A DNA stretch of 64,000 nucleotides, from positions 640,001 through 704,000 of the forward strand of contig CAVUDP010000002.1 in assembly GCA_963740315.1 (NCBI GenBank), read 5' to 3'. The position numbers were made by a program, and so were the translations under genes. Each line of letters starts with the position of its first letter. The first letter of the stretch is position 1. Positions 57,729 to 64,000 of this stretch are shown in pieces. The notes below the pieces were generated by a model that ran no database searches, was not told the origin of the DNA, and saw only the letters and a list, made by a program, of their open reading frames with translations. This DNA is from an uncultured cyanobacterium. Its GTDB lineage: Bacteria; Cyanobacteriota; Cyanobacteriia; Cyanobacteriales; Nostocaceae.

Positions 57729-58511
57729 CTACCTCCCCGCACCCGGAAGTGTACGACTAACTTTAGCGGGGCAAAGAATGTTACCTTGATGTTGATATCC
57801 AACAAAGCGGATGTAAACCTTTTCACCTTCTTGAATATCCCCGGTATCTGGCTGATGGATTTGGGGATTGTATTCTACTTGTTCCCAAGGTTTACCGATG
57901 GGTTGGTAATTCCATTCTTTTAACAGGTTTTCGAGAGGGGTGAAACTGGAAAGTAAATTTTTCGCGGGTAATTCTGGTTTTACGTTTACCATTTGATGAA
58001 TGCTGGGATAATTGACGAGCAGGGTTTGCAATTTTTCAAATGTTGATTTACGAAATTCCTGGGTTAATTCAAGTTGCTGCTGCTGTAATTCCGAATGCAA
58101 TCGCAAACCATCTTTTCGCAAAGTTTCTTTTTCTTGAGTTAATTGCTGTAACTGCTGCTGTAAATCCAAACATTCCCGACGCTTCTTTTCTAACTCTGGA
58201 TGTGGTGGAAGAATCCCTAACTTATCGAGAAAATTTCCTGACGGGATATTGAGCGCGATCGCAATTTGTTCCAATTCATCCAAACTCAGCGAATTACTGT
58301 CACCGTCTCGCAATTTCCACATAGCAGAATTGCTCAAACCGGATTTTTGTTGCAACTGATTCCAATTAGCAATCTTATTTCGACGCATTAACTCTAAAAG
58401 TAATTCGTCATTGCGATTTCCCGTAGCGTAGATTTTAGCTAAAACAAACCGGATTGCAACGGCTGTAATTAGGATGAGGATGAATATTAGTGATATGTAG
58501 ATGATTGTCAT
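57729..58511 (-). CDS. TM + Cro/C1-type HTH + coiled coil + GrpE-like fusion
   Basis: Hydrophobic N-terminus; LQQKSGLSNSAMWKLRDG..IAIALNI; C-terminal YNPQIHQP...VYIRFVGY...CPAKV. Confidence 0.75.
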   Translation of the reverse strand: MTIIYISLIFILILITAVAIRFVLAKIYATGNRNDELLLELMRRNKIANWNQLQQKSGLSNSAMWKLRDGDSNSLSLDELEQIAIALNIPSGNFLDKLGILPPHPELEKKRRECLDLQQQLQQLTQEKETLRKDGLRLHSELQQQQLELTQEFRKSTFEKLQTLLVNYPSIHQMVNVKPELPAKNLLSSFTPLENLLKEWNYQPIGKPWEQVEYNPQIHQPDTGDIQEGEKVYIRFVGYQHQGNILCPAKVSRTLPGAGR

Positions 58512-58580
58512 AATTAATGTAGAGACGTAGCACTGCTACGTCTTGCCAACGTATACTGCACTTGAATGTAATTGCGAATT

Positions 58581-58799
58581 TCAACCGTTTTTATTCTTCA
58601 AAGATTGATTTTCAGTTGAAGTAATATTTTCTTCACCTTCGTAATATTCGGGAAGCAATTCTTGACTTTCCACTTCTCCTAAAGCGTCTTCAATTCCGGA
58701 AGTGGTTTCGGTACAACCAGCACCGGAAGCGCCGATGACATTTTCAGTAATTTTACCGTCTTTACCAATGCGGTATTCTACTTTCTTATACTCAGCCAT
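58581..58799 (-). CDS. DUF2997 small protein
   Basis: EYRIGKDGKITENV.G..G.GC...T..IE.ALG.V......PEYY. Confidence 0.88.
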   Translation of the reverse strand: MAEYKKVEYRIGKDGKITENVIGASGAGCTETTSGIEDALGEVESQELLPEYYEGEENITSTENQSLKNKNG

Positions 58800-58931
58800 G
58801 ATTTATTCCTCTGGGTAGATATTTACAGTTATAACAACAGTTTTGACCTCTCTCCTTATTAAGGAGAGAGGCTTTAAGTCTTATCCCCTCTTTTTGACAA
58901 GGAGAGGGGTGTCCTTTAGGACGGGGTGAGG

Positions 58932-59777
58932 TTAATTCGGAATCCTCTCCAATATCCCGTCACCAAAGACTTTATCTAATTCCAAATAATCGAGATGCAC
59001 GTAACCGATATGACAGTGACAGGTTTGGTTACTACAGTCGCGCTCTTGTAATACTTCTTCCCAATTCTGGTGATAAATATTACCAATGGGCTGTTTGATA
59101 AAATGACATCTCCTGATAGTACCTTCACCGTCAACAGAAATAACCGATTCACCAGCACGACAGGAGTGTCCGAGGCTGGGATAATGATGGGTGTTGAGGT
59201 GATAAAGTGGATCGATGGAGGAGAAAAAGTTTCTGTCTTCTGGTGATAATTGAGAAAGTTCTTTTTTGACGGCATTAATCCACAGATAAACATGAGAGGG
59301 TAATTCCTGACGTAAAGCTGCAATTTCGTTTTTGTACTGGGGAAAACCGACAACACCCGCACTAAAACGAACTCCACGCTTATCTAATTCCAGACATTGG
59401 GAAACATAACTTTGACGGGATACCCATTCTGGATGAAAAGTTGCCCATAACGCTAAAGAATCCTTGTTGCAATCTTCCACCCAATCCAAATTACAGGAAA
59501 GATTGGTTTGAATTGCGGCTTTGTTAACGTGAGACATTTGGGTTAAGTTAACCAAAGCTTGTTGATAGTGCTTGTGGATGAGAGCTTCACCCCAAGGAGT
59601 AAATAAAATCGAAAATTGATGCTGGGGATATTGGGAAATCCAATTTACAAAGCGTTGTAATTGTTGTTTGTCAATGTTTGATTCTGCTGCTGTTTGCTGA
59701 CGTTTTGCGAAAGGACAATATTCGCATCCGTAGTTACAGCTGATGAGGGAACCGCGATAAAGGATTGTTAGATGCAT
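58932..59777 (-). CDS. STM4011-like radical SAM protein
   Basis: ILYRG.L.SCNYGCEYCPFAK (CxxxCxxC), FTPWGEAL, C-terminal CRAG...RRCHF...C.CHIGY. Confidence 0.85.
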   Translation of the reverse strand: MHLTILYRGSLISCNYGCEYCPFAKRQQTAAESNIDKQQLQRFVNWISQYPQHQFSILFTPWGEALIHKHYQQALVNLTQMSHVNKAAIQTNLSCNLDWVEDCNKDSLALWATFHPEWVSRQSYVSQCLELDKRGVRFSAGVVGFPQYKNEIAALRQELPSHVYLWINAVKKELSQLSPEDRNFFSSIDPLYHLNTHHYPSLGHSCRAGESVISVDGEGTIRRCHFIKQPIGNIYHQNWEEVLQERDCSNQTCHCHIGYVHLDYLELDKVFGDGILERIPN

Positions 59778-59809
59778 TTTTTCGTTTGTTTTTTATTTAA
59801 GGTTTGAAA

Positions 59810-61078
59810 TTATAAATCGTAATTGAGATAATTTGGATCTTGTCTATCAGCGATAACTTCGATATCTAACTGCTTCAATCGTTCAACCATTTCATCGCTT
59901 AAATAATTATCAGAAATATCAAGAGTATCTAAATTCTTTATAGATGGACAATTAAGTAAAGCTGCTGCACCTTCGTCATCTATACTTCCCATTGAAAGGT
60001 CTAATTCAACTAAATTTTCAATAATCGAAGAATCTACTATTCCAAAAGGGACATGATTTAAGTCCTCAAGGTTATTTTTACAGTTACGTATTCCCAAGTA
60101 TTTAAGCTTAGGAAATATTTTAGAAAAAACTTGCATAAGTTCTTTAATACCCATGCGAGAATAAGTAGAACCGTTATAATTTGTAATAGACCACAATTCA
60201 AAATATTCTAGTGCAGGTAATTCAAGATTAAAAATTTCATCTATTAACTCAAAATCAATTATCTCACATTCAATAATTAATGCTTTTAAATTTTTATGTC
60301 GAATAAAGTTTATTTCTAATCCAAATCTCTTTCCATTATAAGTGTATGTTATACAATTACTAAGTCTTATCTTAAGAATTTCTAAATTCGGATAAGCTAA
60401 TAAAATATAACTAATATTAATATTTTCAAGTAGATAGTATTCTCTATCATGAATATTTTCTAAACATAAAGCTTTAAGATTAGTCAGTTTTTCGCTAGCA
60501 TTTAATAATGCATCTACAAGAGATAATCCTTTTGTGTACCAAAATCCTATTAACAAAGCTTTAATTTGGTGAGCTAAAGGATTTCGTTGTAATATTTGTA
60601 ATTTTTCTGTACTAATAAGGTTTTTCGGAGACAAATCCCAATCAGCAACTCTTATAGCATAAGCAGTATTAACCGTATCAGTAATACCAATTTTTGGGTC
60701 AAATTCTATAACTTTTCGATTAGCAAATGTAGTTGCATGATTCGTTAATAATTTATAACTTTTTTCAAAGCTAGTCCAGAATTTATAATTTTCTAAAGCT
60801 TGTTTGACTTGAGTTTCTTCTTTATCCTGTAATAATTTATAAGTATATTGCCTAATTTTTACTGATTCATGCTGTAAAGTACTAATTAAAAAATCCAAAC
60901 CCACATCCCCATAATTCAAAGCATCATTCAAAGCTGCAATTTGCGCTTCAATATTAGAACTCGCCAAACGCCTTTTTACACCTTCAATTCCTCCTAAAAC
61001 CGCGCCGTGAATTGGCGGTGGTGCGTTTCCTCCGAGTACTGCGTCGTATTGATTGGGTTGGTTTTGATTGTTTGTCAT
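59810..61078 (-). CDS. YDAVLGG/HEAT-like module fused to an STM4015-like leucine-rich-repeat region
   Basis: Shared N-terminus; KALLIGFW, PNLEILKI, PALEYFELW, PKLKYLGIRN, LDLSMG.IDDEGA, LDISDNYLS. Confidence 0.78.
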   Translation of the reverse strand: MTNNQNQPNQYDAVLGGNAPPPIHGAVLGGIEGVKRRLASSNIEAQIAALNDALNYGDVGLDFLISTLQHESVKIRQYTYKLLQDKEETQVKQALENYKFWTSFEKSYKLLTNHATTFANRKVIEFDPKIGITDTVNTAYAIRVADWDLSPKNLISTEKLQILQRNPLAHQIKALLIGFWYTKGLSLVDALLNASEKLTNLKALCLENIHDREYYLLENINISYILLAYPNLEILKIRLSNCITYTYNGKRFGLEINFIRHKNLKALIIECEIIDFELIDEIFNLELPALEYFELWSITNYNGSTYSRMGIKELMQVFSKIFPKLKYLGIRNCKNNLEDLNHVPFGIVDSSIIENLVELDLSMGSIDDEGAAALLNCPSIKNLDTLDISDNYLSDEMVERLKQLDIEVIADRQDPNYLNYDL

Positions 61079-61250
61079 AGTTTTATCAACTATTAATTTA
61101 GTAAATTGTCATTGCGAGTGAAACGACGCAATCGCAGTATTTTGCGTTTGAACCAAAGACTTTGCGATTACTTCATCCGTTCGTAATGACAAAACATCAT
61201 TTCTACTTCTTTCTTTTCTATGCCCTCTCCCCCTTCTCACTAAATAACCA

Positions 61251-62621
61251 CTACTTCAATTCATATCTCTGCATCAAATCCCTCACCTTGTCGGAAAACA
61301 ACCATTCCCCAACTGCATCGGAATATTCCACACCAAGCTGTGTTAACTGCAATATTCCTTTATCCTCAGTCGCCAAATTCAAATCAAATAATTCCGACAA
61401 CTCCGGGAAATCATCAAAGGCTTTGGTATTAAATCGCTTTTGATAACTACCTAAATTCAAACCTTCATGAGAAAGTAATGATAATAAAATGTACCTTCTG
61501 CGCTTTTCTTCGGTATCTAATTCAAAGCCGTAATTTACAAAATCAAACGATGATTCCGGTGTTTTAATATACCCTTGCAAAATCTCGCGGATTCCCTTTC
61601 CTCCTACCGCGTATTCGTTGGAATAATGCAAATCATCCGTGTAGGAGCGTGCGCCGCAACCTAAACCTACCATTCCGTCTTGTTGACAGCAGTAAACAGG
61701 TTCCTGGTGTAGAGACGTTATACATAACGTCTCCTCCGTGTTGCGTTGGAACATTCGCATGGATGTTTGGGTGTATCCTTGGGAAAGCAAGTAATCCCGC
61801 CCTTGACGGTAACAATTCAAGCGAATGTCGTCCCATTCTTTATCGGATGTTCCTAAACCCGTGAGGGGACGCACGTACAGGGGATACAAAAATATTTCTT
61901 CTGGTTCAAATCGCAAAGCATCACGTATCGATCGCAACCAAGTTTCTACTGTTTGTCCGGGTAATCCGTAGATTAAGTCAATGTTGATTGTCGGAAAACC
62001 TGCTTCTCGCATTCTTGTGAGTGCGGCTTCTACTTCGGCGGTGGTTTGACGACGGTTAACTGCTGCAACCTCCGACTCAACGAAGCTTTGCACGCCGATA
62101 CTCGCACGGGTAACACCTCGCGATCGCAACAGTTCTAATTTATCTTTCGTAGCGGTTTCCGGTGACATTTCCACGGATATCGGAATCTGCGGTAAATCCG
62201 CGCCCATCGTATCTTCTGCAACATTCAAAACCGTTTCCAAGTGGTGAATTGGTAACTGAGTTGGTGTACCTCCACCAATCGCCAAGCGTGCAAATGAAGC
62301 TTTACCCAAAGCTGTTTTTACGTGGTTTGCTTGTTTTTGCAGGGTATTGACGTATTGAGTCACAAAATCTTCGTTGTGGGTGACGGTGGTAAACAAATTA
62401 CAGAAACCGCAGCGCATTTCACAAAAGGGGATGTGAATGTAGAGGAATAAAGCGTTTTTGTCTTCTTTAGCCCATGCATCGGTTAACGGTATTTGTGGAG
62501 AAATCGGACGATATGCGGTTTTGTGGGGGTAGGAATAAACGTAAGCTTGGAAAGGAGAGCTTTTGATTTTGGATTTTAACAACGGATGGATTTGGGATTG
62601 ATTGATTAGGTTAGTTGTCAT
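61251..62621 (-). CDS. STM4012-like (HemN-like) radical SAM protein
   Basis: YVYSYPHKTAYR, LYIHIPFCEMRCGFCNLF, GGGTPT, DLIYGLPGQ, YCCQ.DGMVGLGCGARSY. Confidence 0.88.
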   Translation of the reverse strand: MTTNLINQSQIHPLLKSKIKSSPFQAYVYSYPHKTAYRPISPQIPLTDAWAKEDKNALFLYIHIPFCEMRCGFCNLFTTVTHNEDFVTQYVNTLQKQANHVKTALGKASFARLAIGGGTPTQLPIHHLETVLNVAEDTMGADLPQIPISVEMSPETATKDKLELLRSRGVTRASIGVQSFVESEVAAVNRRQTTAEVEAALTRMREAGFPTINIDLIYGLPGQTVETWLRSIRDALRFEPEEIFLYPLYVRPLTGLGTSDKEWDDIRLNCYRQGRDYLLSQGYTQTSMRMFQRNTEETLCITSLHQEPVYCCQQDGMVGLGCGARSYTDDLHYSNEYAVGGKGIREILQGYIKTPESSFDFVNYGFELDTEEKRRRYILLSLLSHEGLNLGSYQKRFNTKAFDDFPELSELFDLNLATEDKGILQLTQLGVEYSDAVGEWLFSDKVRDLMQRYELK

Positions 62622-62669
62622 AGTTCGTATTTGTATAGGTTATGTGAGATATTGCTTTTGCTTTCATAA

Positions 62670-62789
62670 CCACCTGGGGTTGCAAACCCCAGGCTAATAG
62701 CTCAAGTCTACTGAAGTAGACTGAAAAGCTTGCATAGTCCTATTTATAGGACTTTTGCTATTAGCTGGGGGTTTGCAACCCCCAGTGGG
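62670..62789. mobile_element. REP/MITE-like element overlapping the 3' end of the hydrolase gene
   Basis: CCACCTGGGGTTGCAAACCCCAGGCTAATAGC ... GCTATTAGCTGGGGGTTTGCAACCCCCAGTGG inverted arms. Confidence 0.75.
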
Positions 62790-63603
62790 TGCGGGTATTA
62801 TTAGATTCAGCGTTTAATACAAATTCCCCATAAGGAACAGTCCACACCACGGAATGTCCGAGGCGGTGTCCGGTGTAACCATCTTCACCGTATGTTGTTC
62901 CGTGATCGGAGGTGAGTATGCATAAGGTAGAAGCACGTTTTTGTAAAGCATTCCAAAGTTTTCCTAGTTGAATGTCAATGTATTCCAAGGCGGCTGCGTG
63001 AGTTGATAATGTGTCTGTTTTAGCACCTTCAAGATAAAAATAATTAGGTTGATGTAAGGCGGAAATATTGATAAATAAGAATAAACGTTGATTTTGAGGA
63101 GTTTTATTAAGTATTTTCTCGGCTAATATTATTTGATTTTCTGTAGATTTTGGTTCGGTAACTCCCATTTCTTGATTCCAGTAACTTTCTGCAAACATCG
63201 AGGGAATCACGTTACTCAAGGGATTCTGTTTGTTGAAAAAACCGACACCACCAATACAAACGGTATGATAACCTTTTCGCGCTAATCCTTTGACAATATT
63301 TTCACCTTCTAAAACACAAGTTTTTTCTGTAGTGGTAGTACTTCCCGCGAATTTCAAAGCGAACAATCTGGTGTGAATTCCTGGGGTAACGGGAGTAGGA
63401 AGAAAACCCGCGAAAAAGGCTTGATGGGATGCATAAGTAAAGCTTCCCGGTGAATGTCGCTTTTCCCAACCATGTGGTAATACTTTGGCTAAATTTGGGG
63501 TGCGGTTTTGGGATAGTAATTCCGTTGCGATGTCGTATCGGAGTGTGTCGAAGGTGATGAATACGATGTCGTGGGTGCCGATGATTTGGTTGATGTTTTG
63601 CAT
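62761..63603 (-). CDS. STM4013-like hydrolase (alkaline phosphatase/sulfatase superfamily)
   Basis: ITFDTLRYD, RHSPGSFTYASH, LHQPN, SDHG..YGEDGY.GHR. Start ATG 63603; the longer ORF start is repeat-derived. Confidence 0.85.
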   Translation of the reverse strand: MQNINQIIGTHDIVFITFDTLRYDIATELLSQNRTPNLAKVLPHGWEKRHSPGSFTYASHQAFFAGFLPTPVTPGIHTRLFALKFAGSTTTTEKTCVLEGENIVKGLARKGYHTVCIGGVGFFNKQNPLSNVIPSMFAESYWNQEMGVTEPKSTENQIILAEKILNKTPQNQRLFLFINISALHQPNYFYLEGAKTDTLSTHAAALEYIDIQLGKLWNALQKRASTLCILTSDHGTTYGEDGYTGHRLGHSVVWTVPYGEFVLNAESNNTRTHWGLQTPS

Positions 63604-63783
63604 TATTATTAAAGATAATAAAAAAGGACGTTCTAAAAGTATCTGGCGAATATAATTCGCTACTACACAGGCAAAGTCCACCTGCGTGGACTACTGATTT
63701 GTAACCTACGGAGGTAGGTTTTGCTTGTGTAGCCGCGTTCACCGCTAGGTGCGGCACATTCAATCGCCAGGTAAAACATTAAT

Positions 63784-64000
63784 ATGACTAAAACTAACGA
63801 CGCTTTGAAAATACTTGAAAACATTCATGGTAATGACCCCGAACTTCAAGAATTGATTATTACAGCTTCTATTAATGCGGAGGTCGCGCAACTTATATAT
63901 GAAGCTAGAACTCAAGCAGGGTTAACACAAAAACAACTTGCTGATTTAGTGGGTACAAAACAACCCGTAATTGCTCGACTTGAAGACGCTGATTATGAAG
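63784..64000 (+). CDS. XRE-family HTH regulator / HigA-like antitoxin (partial)
   Basis: MTKTNDALKIL...IYEARTQAGLTQKQLADLVGTKQPVIARLEDADYE, open at the window end. Confidence 0.85.
   Translation, partial: MTKTNDALKILENIHGNDPELQELIITASINAEVAQLIYEARTQAGLTQKQLADLVGTKQPVIARLEDADYE

Noticed and set aside
61251..62621. hemN coproporphyrinogen oxidase
   Set aside because: The YSYPHKTAY motif and STM4011/4013-like neighbours indicate a different HemN-like subfamily.

Overview
Chromosomal window from a filamentous, probably Nostocales-type, cyanobacterium (abundant HIP1 GCGATCGC, heptamer STRR arrays, apcEABC, atp1 operon). Core genes are apcE-apcA-apcB-apcC, the atp1-a-c-b'-b-delta-alpha-gamma operon and tmRNA. 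Accessory blocks: (1) at the left edge, a MoxR/VMAP-type ternary conflict system whose VMAP-like protein and CHAT-hydrolase effector share a duplicated N-terminal domain; (2) a thioredoxin-CcdA-ECF sigma-anti-sigma operon; (3) a Zn-finger plus tandem His-Me-like nuclease gene and a DUF433/DUF5615 TA pair behind tmRNA; (4) a multi-step phosphorelay cluster with an 11-bp-periodic motif upstream of two small secreted proteins and the OmpR-type regulator; (5) a ~14 kb uncharacterised locus combining a Ycf46-like AAA ATPase, two DUF1257 genes, DUF2997, an atypical Hsp70, a TM-HTH-GrpE fusion, STM4011/4012/4013/4015-like genes and three proteins sharing one N-terminal 'YDAVLGG..VLGGIEGVKRR' module on different repeat domains. 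Block 5 is my best candidate for an undescribed system. The window also holds many REP/MITE-like repeats and 18-27 nt micro-elements, several inserted in frame in genes or into HIP1 sites. All family names come from motif recognition by eye; no searches were run.
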